From Leidyana gryllorum EB-2025a (taxonomy: Eukaryota; Protista; Apicomplexa), in assembly GCA_048772705.1 (NCBI GenBank), contig JBLWGC010000169.1, forward strand, positions 1-64,000: a DNA stretch of 64,000 nt. The letters are read 5' to 3'. The notes under the pieces were generated by a model that saw only the letters and a program-made list of their open reading frames with translations, was not told where the DNA came from and did no database searches. This document shows, in pieces, positions 25,231 to 36,319 of this stretch (its first letter is position 1; each line of letters opens with the position of its first letter). The position numbers and the translations under genes are program-made.

Positions 25231-25409
25231 CCATCCAACGCGCGGCAAAGGCTATTGTGGTGGTGATGGTGGTGGTGACTATGGTGCACCCCCGGTCGGT
25301 TCCCAGCACCACGGCCCAACGATACGACAACTGTGCAGCTTAACGTGCGTCGTTCAACTCGCTCGTCGATCGGTAACATTCGGAGAGAAAGGAAAGTTCA
25401 TCCGCTTAA

Positions 25410-26609
25410 CTATTGAAAAAGACACTCAGCAAGATTCAGGTATGGCTCATTGTGTCCAAACGTCGTATTTGGCTCCACGAAAACACTCAACTTGTTGTCA
25501 ACGGTGGCCGGGGAGAAATAATCCGCCTCGATCTCATCGTAAGTCGTGTGTCGCTTCACCATCATTCCATATTTGGCTAATTCCATTTCCACATCCACAA
25601 ATCCACTAATGAATGAAGTACCCAATGCCTCGGCTTGTTGCACGTTAAGCTTCCACAGCGGATCAGAGTCAGTGTGGCCTTTCTCCACTGTACTGACCTG
25701 TTGCATATAGTCCAGAAACAACCACACTTGGCTACCAGTAGGCACATGACATTTCGCCAAGGCTTGCAACTCCGTAAGCGTCTGCTCAAGAGCAGGGCGT
25801 GGTAGATAATAGGTAACACCTTCCCACAGTATGGCTGTATTCACAGTGGGATCATATCCGTTGTTCAGAAGAACTTCTGTAAGGTCATTTCGACCAAAGT
25901 CGCATTCCACGTACACCACTCCATCCTGGTAATGGCGCAGCAGATCAGGCAAGAGGCCCTTTCGCATTATGTCCAGTTTCATTCGTTGGACTCGGGGTAA
26001 ATCCACTTCGAAAACTCGCACACCGCGATCTTTTCTTAACTGTGCTGTGCGATAAGCAGTGGAGTCAAAGCCTGCACCCAAAACAACGAGCTGCAAAACC
26101 CCACGATCCAGGATTGAGCGCTCGACGAATTCTGATGCAAACTTGGCTCGGCCGTAATAGGAGCGATAAAGAGGCCGTAGCAGGGGAGGGAGAAGTCGCA
26201 TTGTGAGGGTATTGGCCACCCAAGCAAATATAAAGTACTGTTTCTCCAGAAACAGTTCCGCAAATACCCGTTCAGCCTCATCGAAACCCAGAGGTCGAGG
26301 CAGAAACGTGTATAGATATCGCAAAAATAGACAGAGCATGGCATTGGTATCAAACGCACCAGACATCAGCGTAAGGCGCCGTAGGGCGCCACCTATGCCC
26401 GGCACAAATCTGAAGAAGATACAGAGCTTCACTGCGCAGACGCACACCCAGAAGTATAACTTGTCAAATTGAATGAGGCAGGCAGTTGTCAGGTTGGACC
26501 GGGTTCTGGATGCTAGAGTGTTCCCAAAGGGCGTGAAAGGAGAATTAATGGCGCTTGTGCCATCAGAAGCGGTAGTAGGGGTTTCCAGGAATAACTTTCT
26601 TGATATCAT
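25410..26609 (-). CDS. SAM-dependent methyltransferase, LCM/TIGR00027-like family
   Basis: QLVVLGAGFDSTAYR, VFEVDLP, YVECDF and TAILWEGVTYYL; intronless. Confidence 0.88.
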   Translation of the reverse strand: MISRKLFLETPTTASDGTSAINSPFTPFGNTLASRTRSNLTTACLIQFDKLYFWVCVCAVKLCIFFRFVPGIGGALRRLTLMSGAFDTNAMLCLFLRYLYTFLPRPLGFDEAERVFAELFLEKQYFIFAWVANTLTMRLLPPLLRPLYRSYYGRAKFASEFVERSILDRGVLQLVVLGAGFDSTAYRTAQLRKDRGVRVFEVDLPRVQRMKLDIMRKGLLPDLLRHYQDGVVYVECDFGRNDLTEVLLNNGYDPTVNTAILWEGVTYYLPRPALEQTLTELQALAKCHVPTGSQVWLFLDYMQQVSTVEKGHTDSDPLWKLNVQQAEALGTSFISGFVDVEMELAKYGMMVKRHTTYDEIEADYFSPATVDNKLSVFVEPNTTFGHNEPYLNLAECLFQ

Positions 26610-28146
26610 CTTCTTGAATCTTCACTTAACGAAATTATGGCTAGTCCAACGTTATCACTCTTTTTGGTGACCCAGCGTCCTAATCTGCCTTCTTTTGATG
26701 TGGCTGCGACCAATACCACACCCGTGTGTGCGACACACAATTGATTGACGACGCCGTCCTGCAAGGCAAAATTGGATCTAACGGCTTCCTAGACTCTCTA
26801 CTCACAAGCGGTATCGTGTCTACGCGGTCTAGAACTCCTCCGTCGGCCAAACTAGCCTGCCACACTTCGACCAAGCCAGTATCACTGCCCGAAAACACGC
26901 AATCCGTGTCCCGTACAGTTCCGATAGCGGATACCCAGCCACAGCACCCTGTGATCTTCTCGATCTGTGCTTCCTTGATTACTTTCCGGCGAGCCGTAGA
27001 CCACAAGCCGATTTCGCTGTGGAATTTATATTGTACACACGCGGGTGTATTTGTTTGAGTAGTCTTACCCATCTTGGGATCCAGACACGAAAGAGCTTTG
27101 GGTTAGAGCGGCCACGCATTCGATCTGTCCGGCATCCTTTTTGGCTTGCAGAATATGATGTTTGGAAGCTTCGATATTCCAATATCGAACTGTCCAGTCC
27201 TCGCCTGTTGACAACAAGAAACCGGGCTTGACGCTGCTGAGACAAGTCAAAGGGGCGACGTGCCCAAACTCGGCGTCCATCTGCTTCTGGATCAACAAGG
27301 ACCAGACCCGCAACGATTTATCCTTAGACCCCGTGAATATAGAGTCTTGTTGGCTCTCGACGCACTGGAAGTGTTTAGTCAACGGTCGAAGAACTTTGCG
27401 GGCTTACGGTGATGGCCTTAGTGTGTCCGCGCATTGCGGCTATACAGGGTTTGCCCGGTTGGCGGGTATCCCAGACTCGAACAATCTCGTCTTTACCAAC
27501 AGAGACCAGTAGACGACCATCCATACCCAGAGTGAGATCGTAGATCTCAGCGAAGTGACCTCCACAGTCAGCATCGCGCGGTTTACCCGGGAAGGCTGTC
27601 CGATCGCCAGTTTCGAGGTTCCCTGTGGAATTGAGAGGGTCCACAGGAAGTCAGTGGGTGACGGATGAGCTTACATTGATATATGCGGCAGTCTTTTCCG
27701 CCAGTGTAGGCATATTTACCATCCTGAGAGGGTATGACGCAAGTGGCTCGGTGTGCGGGGTCTGGATATACGACTGGGGTTCCAAACTTGAGGTGTCTTG
27801 CGAGTTCTTTGAGTTTGGTTGTATCGTGTTGTGGTGGTGCGAGGGAGTGTGCAGCAGCTTCTATATCAGCTGCGACGTGCTCTAATCCCATTTTGCGTAA
27901 GCATTCCTGTGCCAGCAAGAGTCTTTTCTCTTCAGGAGTGAGTGCCGATTCTGCAGCGGCTGCTGCTTGAGCTTCATCCTCGTCGTCGTGGTCAGGATTT
28001 TTTTGTTTGTTGGGTGCAGGGTCATTGTACTCTAAGACTTCATCGTCAGAGGGTATCTCTTCGTCAGATAGGTTGTCTTTGTTTCTTGGCTTCTTGGACT
28101 TTGTGGGTGGTGGTGAGCGGGGGTTGGATCGCTTGAGGGCACACAT
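26606..28146 (-). CDS. RRP9: U3 snoRNP WD40 protein RRP9 (U3-55K), multi-exon
   Basis: TPEEKRLLLAQECL, YTGGKDCRI, FGH.., SGSQDG, and last exon ...KEGRLGRW... (RRP9 E.RLGRW signature) ending at TGA 26608-26606. Confidence 0.85.
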
Positions 28147-28189
28147 TTGTTTGTGCGGGGTTACAAACTTTTTGAGCCGATTGGTATAT

Positions 28190-29162
28190 ATGCGTGGCAC
28201 TACTGTTCTTGTGGCGGCGGGTATTGCGGCGGCAGCCCGCATAGACCCGTTTGATGCATTGCTTGAGAGTTTCTTTGGATCATTGGATGTGAACGATGCA
28301 GTTGAAGCTGATCCGTTTATGGCGGCTTTGGGTGCGCCTTTGGGCGGTTTCATGAGTCGTATGAAACAGGGTGGGGGCCTGCTGGGTGGCGATTTGTTTG
28401 GCGGCTTTCCGTTTGCCGATTTGTTCAACAACTTCCAGATACCTAATGTGACTATTAGTGATGCGGAATGTCTGATAACAGTGGATCTGAAGGATATGGC
28501 AGTGAACGGTACCGCGATACGTATCTTTTCGACTTCTTCTGACATTACGTTGGAAATCACTCACACCGAGAAGACTGCTTTGGGGGAGGAAGAGTCCGAG
28601 GTGGAGGGGGGCGGCGAGACGACGGCTGTGGCGGAAGGCGCCAATAAGGATCCGCTGAAGCATCTGAGAGGCACTTCAATGTCTTCGTTCACGACTGTAA
28701 AGTCGTTCCCGGTGAGTTTCTTGGGGTCGCGGACGATTTGGGTTTGAAATTCGTGTTTTGTGTCAGGCGCCCGAAGGGTGCGAGATGACTTCGAGTTCTG
28801 GCAAGGCTACGGTTCTGGAGGACGAACACAAACTGTTGCTCAAGTTCCCCAAAAAGGAGGAGAAGGACGGCAATGTGACTGAAAGCGCTGACGAGAAGGC
28901 GCCGGCGGCGGAAGCGAAAGTCGAAGCTGAAGCTGAAGCGAAGAAAGACAGTAAGGAGGCAGCAAAGATGGGAGCGGCTTCTTCTTCTTCCTCTTTGGAA
29001 GATCAGCCTGCGATCATTCGATCTGCATTGGCGGTTCCATCATCGGCGGGGGACAACGGTTGGCTGCGTCGACTGTTCTCCTCGTCGTCGGCGGGTAATG
29101 GGAAGATGTCTGCTCCTGAGCGAAAGGTACCGGTACCGTTGGTGCGCTATGATGAATTCTGA
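28190..29162 (+). CDS. Signal-peptide-bearing small heat-shock (alpha-crystallin)-like protein ending in YDEF
   Basis: MRGTTVLVAAGIAAAA signal-like; F/D/P-rich N-terminus (DPFDALLESFF); beta-strand pattern ITVDL...KATVL..KLLLKFPKK; VPV motif near the end; one intron near 28713-28766. Confidence 0.55.
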
Positions 29163-29224
29163 CGGTATAATTTAACGATGAACACATAGTTATTAATGCT
29201 TTTTCCACATTGAATTGTCAAAAA

Positions 29225-30106
29225 ATGGCGACCGGCGGCGGAGAAAGTCAACAGGCGTACAAGTGTAAGTGGTAACAACTTGACAAGTCGGCAACAATGG
29301 ACCACAGTAATATTGGTCGGTGACGCGACAGTAGGCAAGACTCACTTATTGGCGCGATATACGCGCGGATCCCTCCCAAAAACGCCAAACTCGACCGTAG
29401 GTGTCGAGTTTGCCACTCACACTGTCCCCCTCGCCGTCGGCGGCACTGTTAAAGTCAGCATTTGGGACACAGGTCAGTCAGGCCCTTTTGACTCTTTGCC
29501 CCATTTATTACAGCTGGCCAAGAACGTTATCGGTCAATCACCAATGCTCATTATCGCCGAGCCGTCGGGGCCCTATTAGTGTACGATGTGACTCGCAGAA
29601 ACACTTTTGTGAACGCTGTCAAGGTGAGAGCGGGCGGTTTGCTGAGTGGAGAGACGGGTTTGGTGTGTCAGTGGTTGGAGGATTTGCGGAATAACGCCGA
29701 GCCCGACATTGTTGTCATGTTGGTGGGCAACAAGGTGGATTTGGCCGAAGGCAATCCCAATGAGCGCCAAGTTCCCACCCAAACGGCAGCCGAATACGCA
29801 GCGAAGAACGGAATATTCTTCAGCGAGGCGTCGGCTGTGACCAGTTTCAATGTGAAACGGGTCTTTGAAAGCCTCGTCCAGGGTGAGTGAGACATTTGTG
29901 ACGACTCCCCCCTCCACTCACATCGACTCTGCAGAGATTTACTCTCAGAAGAATCAGAATGGAGCCGCGGACAGCACGACGGCGTCTCCGCCCACTATCG
30001 GTAAGTGTCACTCCAATTTCCCCTCATCGGTTCGCCAGATTTGCAGCGGGATTTGCGAATGGACGAGAATGTGACGCGTGATGGGGGTTGCTGTGCGAAG
30101 GGCTAA
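29225..30106 (+). CDS. RAB11B: Rab11B GTPase (alveolate/apicomplexan type), multi-exon
   Basis: GDATVGKTHLL, GVEFAT..VPLAVGGTVK, WDTAGQERYRSIT.AHYRR, LVGNKVDL, EASA and C-terminal CCAKG. Confidence 0.92.
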
Positions 30107-30160
30107 GGGCAGTCATCAGACTGCTTTTTCGTTCGCTCGGGACGGTGTTCGCCGGAGAGT

Positions 30161-30856
30161 ATGAAAGGTTTACTGCTTACGCTCCTCAGTCTGTGCGTAG
30201 CGGGGCTCCCTCCTCGTAGATTGAAGGGCGGGGACGAGGTGGAAGCTGTTTCTCAGACGGCAGAGATTGTTGAAATCGGCGGTCAGACCCTGGACCTCGA
30301 CCCCGAGTTCCCACGTGATGCACGGCGAGGCCGCTTTCATTATGAACTGGAACCTCGAACTAAATTCATCAAAGAGCTTATTCGTCAGGGCGTCACTGCA
30401 GAAACAGCTGAGGTCGTCGGCTACGCCTTGGGCGACGACGAAATCGATAACCTCCCCCCCCAATTCATAACCGCAATGGTCACAGGACTCCTCCACATCG
30501 AGGCCACCTATAAGAAAGCACAAATGGCACTCGCCGCCATGAACGCTACCGCCCAATTCCTCGTCTCAGTTGCTATACCCACAGAGCAAATGAAAATCAG
30601 TATCACCATCAATACCGTCCTCGCACCCTATGGACTCCTATACGGCAATGACGCTATCGTCAAACGCATACAACAAGCCCTCAGTATGCACTATCAAAGA
30701 CAACTCGCTCAGCCCTATCCTTGGACATATAACGTCCCCCTCTCCGCAGCTCAACTCCCTGAACATGCCACCTTCCAGAAACTGGATCAGGATACAACCT
30801 CCTATAGACACTATCTTCCTGTGCAACCCACCTTTGAACACACCATCACTATCTGA
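30161..30856 (+). CDS. Secreted protein with RRL motif just after the signal peptide
   Basis: MKGLLLTLLSLCVAG-LPPRRLKG; intronless 231 aa. Confidence 0.75.
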   Translation: MKGLLLTLLSLCVAGLPPRRLKGGDEVEAVSQTAEIVEIGGQTLDLDPEFPRDARRGRFHYELEPRTKFIKELIRQGVTAETAEVVGYALGDDEIDNLPPQFITAMVTGLLHIEATYKKAQMALAAMNATAQFLVSVAIPTEQMKISITINTVLAPYGLLYGNDAIVKRIQQALSMHYQRQLAQPYPWTYNVPLSAAQLPEHATFQKLDQDTTSYRHYLPVQPTFEHTITI

Positions 30857-31051
30857 AAATAATACGCTCCAAACTCGGTGTGTGGGCCAACAAACGGACC
30901 GATAGACCCTCATCATCACCACAACTGACGCTCCCGTTCACACAACCTCAATCATCGCGGCCTTCATCCGGATCTGGCAAATCATTGTGCTTCGTATCCA
31001 AAGAATCTAAACCAAACAATTCCCACTTCTGCAGCATTTTCTTTGCCTCTC

Positions 31052-31916
31052 TCACCTTCGAATTGATTCAAAACCGTTCTCGAATCGCTGCCGCTCTGTG
31101 GAAGAGCTGAAACCGAACGTTTCCACACGATTTGTTGCACATTGAATATCAAGAAAGTTGTCCTCCTTCTTGTGAGGCACCAACTGCCTCACATCTGATA
31201 CGTGCACGAAACCCAACTCCTTCGGCCGATGACCAGCCGACACCCATCGAATCCCCTCATTCTCACTGCGCACACGCATCAAACTTGCTCCACCCAATGT
31301 GCACACCAAATGTGCACAGCAAACACACTTACGTATCCAAATCAAAGGTCACAGGTTTGTCAAAGATGCCAGATTTGTACTTGGCACCCATTGATATCAT
31401 CTCCTGAAGCTCTGTCACGCGCTTGGCATACTCTGTCTTGTACTGGAGGTGCTACGATCTCACAAACTTCCATCACTTCACTCACATCGAGTTCAGGTTC
31501 TGCATTTCTCTTTGTGCCGGTTGACTGTTCTGCTCTGTATCGGTCTAGTTCTCGCTGCGCTACTTCTGGAGCCACAGTGGGCCTGCGACGTCTGCGTGGA
31601 ATGGGTAAAAAAGTGCACATGGCCGCCCTTGTTACCTCGGTCGATCTTCTTCACGGATCTGAACGGAAGTAGCTGTAACGCCATCTTCCGGATGAGTCCG
31701 ATGGCGTGATTGCGTTGCGTTGGTGTGAGCTGCAGTAGATTCCCCGCTGAGTTGGGGGCTGTGGCGGCTAGTCTCCACCGAAGACTGGAGAGAGTGGGGT
31801 ATCTGACTTCAATCGTCGTCGTCGTCGTGACCCACCTGTGGGTTGTCTGATGGGATCAGAGGGCCGTCGGGTTGTCTTTTATTGATCCGTTCGACACAGC
31901 TGGCGAATCCTCCCAT
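31052..31916 (-). CDS. Putative N-myristoylated/palmitoylated protein with C-terminal PH-like fold (ISP-like), multi-exon
   Basis: ATG 31916 MGGFASC; later exons IRWVS..LGFVHVSDVRQL...TFGFSSSTERQRFENGF resemble PH-domain strands and the terminal helix; exact exon ends uncertain. Confidence 0.5.
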
Positions 31917-31947
31917 ATTGTGCGGATGACATGCAAATGTGCTATTT

Positions 31948-32832
31948 TCAGACGAGGTCGCGTAGATGAGAAACATTAGAGGCTTTCTTGACTTGGTTGA
32001 GGCCGGCCATCACGATATCGTCATCAGTCCGTCGATCTACGCGGATCGGGCGTGACGTCGAGTTGGTAGCGGCAGATTTTGACTCAGTTTTGGAAGCAGA
32101 AGAGGACGAAGCTGTTTGACTCTGTTCCTCCTCCTGTGCTGCCGCGGCCTCTTTGCGTTCTTTGTCTTGGCGAGCTTTGCGTTCGTGGGGTAATTCGAAC
32201 TCTTTTTCGGCCCCGAGCCCCGCTCTTAAGGCCGCTCGCCTCTTTATGTCGACGGTTGGGACGTCCTTTCGGCCTCCTCGCTCGAACCCCATCCCCAGCA
32301 ACATGGCCATCCCAAAGTCCTCGATGGGCATATCCTCATACTGCGACCTTTGTGTGGATTCGCCGATGGTAACGCATCGAGCGCGGGACAGTATGGAGTC
32401 CTTCATATTGACGAGATCGGCGGCGGTCTCTTCGTCGCCTTGACGGGCCCGTTTTTGAGAGCGTCGGTTCTCGACTATGCCTATCATGGAGGCTGAGGGG
32501 CCCAAATCTTCTTCTTTCAAACTCTTTAGGCGCTTTTCGTAGGCCTCGCGTCCTTGTGCGGCTGGATTGTATATAAGAGGGGTTGTGGCGGAGGCGTCTC
32601 TGTATTTGGTGTCCTCTTTCTCGGGGTCGGGCAGCAGAGCGGGGCAGGGGATGACTGGGGCGGGGGCAGTCGCAGCATTGGGGTCGGTCAGCGGTTTGGA
32701 GCTCTCTGACAGTTTGCTGATAGCGCGCGATGACGGCTTGGGGAAGCCTTCTTCGTCTTTGGAAGAAAAGAAACCATTGTTGCTCGACTTTACCGATGGC
32801 TTGGCAGTGGTTTTCTTGAAGTCCAATCGCAT
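31948..32832 (-). CDS. Spp2/MOS2-type G-patch splicing factor
   Basis: YEDMPIEDFGMAMLLGMGF...GLGA is the Spp2/GPKOW G-patch. Confidence 0.85.
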   Translation of the reverse strand: MRLDFKKTTAKPSVKSSNNGFFSSKDEEGFPKPSSRAISKLSESSKPLTDPNAATAPAPVIPCPALLPDPEKEDTKYRDASATTPLIYNPAAQGREAYEKRLKSLKEEDLGPSASMIGIVENRRSQKRARQGDEETAADLVNMKDSILSRARCVTIGESTQRSQYEDMPIEDFGMAMLLGMGFERGGRKDVPTVDIKRRAALRAGLGAEKEFELPHERKARQDKERKEAAAAQEEEQSQTASSSSASKTESKSAATNSTSRPIRVDRRTDDDIVMAGLNQVKKASNVSHLRDLV

Positions 32833-32880
32833 GATTGGGGCATACTTTTGGTGAATTTTTGCACTACTCAAACTCCAAAG

Positions 32881-33323
32881 ATGGTGAGCTAATTACTAAA
32901 GTACACAACCCGCTTACTTTACCGCCCCAGTTGTTCTTCTCCTTCTTCCAGTCACTAATTGGGCGTAATGTATTTGTGACAGTAGAGCTCAAGCATGGCC
33001 TCCAGATCACCGGAGCCTTACATGCCGTCGACCAATTCCTCAATATAAAGTTGACGAACGTAACCATTGGTAATCCCGACCGCTTTCCCCAACTGGTGAG
33101 TCAAATGTTCGTCTGCCTCCGACGCCTGCAACGACCCCCTATTCATTGTCCAACACAGGTACCCTTGAAAACATGTTTTATCCGAGGCTCGGTGATCCGT
33201 TATATACATCTAACTGGGGTTCCGATTGATACGGACATGTTACAGGACGCCTGTCGAAGAGCGACGGCCCCAGAACGGAAGAAAGAAGAGTCTTCCCGTG
33301 CCAAGAGCTCCACGACTACTTAA
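32881..33323 (+). CDS. LSM2: U6 snRNA-associated Sm-like protein LSm2
   Basis: ATG followed directly by an intron, then LFFSFF..VTVELK...G.L.AVDQFLNIKL, CFIRGSVIRY and LQDACRR. Confidence 0.95.
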
Positions 33324-33346
33324 AAATAGAGCGACCTTCCACACTA

Positions 33347-35583
33347 CTAACGCGTCATCACGCTCGCGTGAGCTGCTTCCTTGACTCCTTCGACCAACGC
33401 GGGGTGGGGGTAGATGGGATCGCCCAATTCCTCAGCCGTGATACCAAATCTCCGTGCAATAACTATGTTCTGGATCAAGTCACCAGCGTTAGCCGCCACG
33501 ATAGAGCCTCCAAGAATCTTTCCCTCTGGGGATGCCAATATTTTCACGAAACCGTCAGTCTCCATATTAACCCGCGCCCGTCCGTTCGCTTGCATAGGAA
33601 CAAACCCTTTCGTGTACTTTGTCTTGGCACTCTTCAGCTGATCCTCTGTCGTCCCCACCGTCGCCACCTCAGGGTGAGTATAAATGACTCCGGGACAATT
33701 GTTATAATCCGGACGCTCCACGTTGCCCAATATGGCTCGCACGGCCAACTTGGCGTCCTTCTCCGCTTTGTGCGCAAGCATCGGCTGAGAAACGAACGCG
33801 CCATGACACACACACACACACACCACCACACACACACACGCTATGACACACCCACACACACACGGTGCCACAACAACTTACTCCTGCGATCAGATCTCCG
33901 ATAGCGCGGATATTGGGAATGTTGGTTTGGAAGGCATCATTGACCTCTACCCGCTTCTGGCGGTCCAGTTTGATGCCAACTTTTTCCAGACCTTCGGTGT
34001 TCGGTCGCCGACCCACCGCCACCAGGACTGCGTCGCCCTCAAACTCCACCACTTTGTTGCCATCTTTGAGCTTCTCAGCCTGAAGTTTGACGGAAGCGTC
34101 GGTGACTTGGGCGTTCACGACTTTGTGAGAGGTGTGAATTTTGATCCCTTCCTTTTGAAGTATCTTGGCAATGGCAGTGGCCACATCGCTGTCAAAGCCC
34201 ACAGCTACTTGTGGCATAAACTCCACCACCTGAATGAACAACACGACAAGTACCGGTGCAGTCTATACTGGCTGGTTTCTGGAGTGAAGGAGGAGTAGTC
34301 CGTAATGGAATGTACGACGCTAGCGTCCGCATTGGCTGCTCCGACCAGCCACACGGATAGTAAGCGCCCCATTTCGATTTAGCTGACATTAGATAGCCGA
34401 CCTCCGGTACACACAGAGGTCGATCAGTGCGTTGTCAGCAGGTCACAAGAGGAAAGCGCACCATTGGGGGCAAACTCACCTCCACCTTGACCCCAAGGCG
34501 AGAGAAAACGGAAGCGAATTCCAGCCCAATCGCGCCGCCTGATATCAGACCATTTGTACCACAAACGTGTGTCAATCGTCACGCGGGTAAAGAATATATA
34601 CAGGAGGGGAATGTCAGGAATGGTCGGGAATTGTCAGGAATTGTCAGGGATTGTCAGAGCACAGTGCAAATTGAATCTGCAAATAGGACCGGCGAGTGCC
34701 CAGTGCAGATAGAATCTGCGTGTGCACATCGATCGTTCCTTCCATCCACTTGCACTGTGCACGAGAGGAGACGGCTCCTCAAGCAGTGTGTGTGGCTACG
34801 AATAGATGATAATAGGTGGGGATGTACCGTTCCATTCTAAATCAGCCGCCCATTGCAGTGGCGGAGATCAACTATATTGGAAGGGCGACTTTGATATCGC
34901 GGTGAAAACGAACGATTCCCCGGGATGAGGGTCCGGCGAGCCGCAGATACAAACCGCTTGACTTTTGGGGGGGACACAATGGTTGACATACCGCCGATGA
35001 TGAGGAGTTTCTTGGGGAGGGACCGCAGGTTGAGGGCGCCGGTGCTGGAAAGGACCCGTTTTTCGTCGAAGGTTAGGAAGCCGCCGGGCATGGGTGCGGG
35101 AACAGAGCCCATAGCGAGGATGATATGGCCAGCTATGACTTCTTCGTTTTGAGTGACGATGGTATCCTGCGATTTGAGTTCGCCTTTGCCCCGTATGAGA
35201 TCGATTTTGTTCTTCTTGAGGACAAAGTCGATCCCTTTGAGGAGGGCTCCGACGATATTGTCCTTGTTGGACTGCATTTTGAGCCAGTCATGTTTAACGG
35301 GGCCGGATGTGGTGAATCCGAAGCGTTTGGCTTCTTTGGAGGCCTCAGCGAATTTGTGAGACATGTTGAGTAGAGCCTTGGTGGGCATACAACCAACGTT
35401 TAAACAGGTTCCGCCCATGGCCTTCTCTTCCACGCAGGCCACCTTCAAGCCGGCCTGGGCGGCTGCAACGGCCGCCCCGAAGCCCGCGGGTCCTCCTCCG
35501 AGAACAGCGACATCGTAAGTTTTGGATCGACGAGCGATGGCAGTTGGGAAGGAGAATTTGAATGAAGAACTGCGAGAAAGCAT
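33347..35583 (-). CDS. DLD: Dihydrolipoamide dehydrogenase (E3), probably mitochondrial
   Basis: Presequence-like MLSRSSSFKF; GGGPAG, GGTCLNVGCMP, IIGGGAIGLE, AVGRRPNT, YTHPEVA and HPALVE; 3 introns, two of them large. Confidence 0.93.
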
Positions 35584-35685
35584 GTGGTACTGTACAAAAA
35601 AGTTGTGCAATCTTATTGGCTTAAGACACGACAGCAGAACACATTCTTTCGCGGATTTTTGATTCGAGAGAGAGAGAAGCGCACG

Positions 35686-36319
35686 ATGGCGACCACTCAG
35701 GAAGGATGGATTGACAACACCAAAATCGAGGACGAGGAGGTCGAAAACCAGGCCGAGGACGACTCTGGCGAGAAGGACGGCGCCGCCGGTGGCACCCGCG
35801 CTGAAAAGAAGATCCGCAAAGCCCTCTTCAAACTCGGACTGAAACCCGTCAAAGGCTTCACCAAATGTGAACTCCGTCGCGCCCGTCAGGTAATGAATGA
35901 ATCCAGCGTCGCGGTCTCTCCAACTCAATGTTATCTTCACACACCAACAGGTCCCTATGTGTGTACGCGATCCTGTCGTCTACGAAATCCCAGGCAAAGT
36001 CCCCACTTATCTCATCTTGGGCCCCATCCGTTACGATGACTACAGAGAGGAGTTGGCCCGCCATACTGCCCTCCTGAAGGAATCCGGCAAGATGGCTGCT
36101 GCCTCTGGCGCTGCCCCCACCGCCGCTCCCGCTCAGGCTGCCGGAACCCCTGCCGTCGAGACGGCAACCGTTGAAGAGGAACCGGATGCCACTGGCATTA
36201 CCGAGTCCGATATTTCCCTCGCCATGGAACAGACTCAAAAGAGCAGAGCCGAAGTCATTGCAGCCCTTAGGAGCACAAACGCAGACCTCATTGAAGCAAT
36301 CATGAAACTCACCTCGTAG
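35686..36319 (+). CDS. NACA: Nascent polypeptide-associated complex alpha subunit
   Basis: RAEKKIRKALFKLGLKPVKG NAC domain; C-terminal UBA GITESDISLAMEQ..DLIEAIMKLT. Confidence 0.92.

Noticed and set aside
27583-28747. Apparent 550-bp overlap of ORFs 27583-28560 (-) and 28007-28747 (+)
   Set aside because: The ORF finder used upstream non-ATG starts; the plausible ATGs (28146 and 28190) do not overlap.
34231-34990. Large DLD introns as mobile elements or nested genes
   Set aside because: No terminal inverted repeats, target-site duplications or credible ORFs were seen.
34837-36039. Overlapping N-terminal extensions of the DLD and NAC-alpha ORFs
   Set aside because: Each extension is the antisense of the partner gene; the likely starts are 35583 and 35686.
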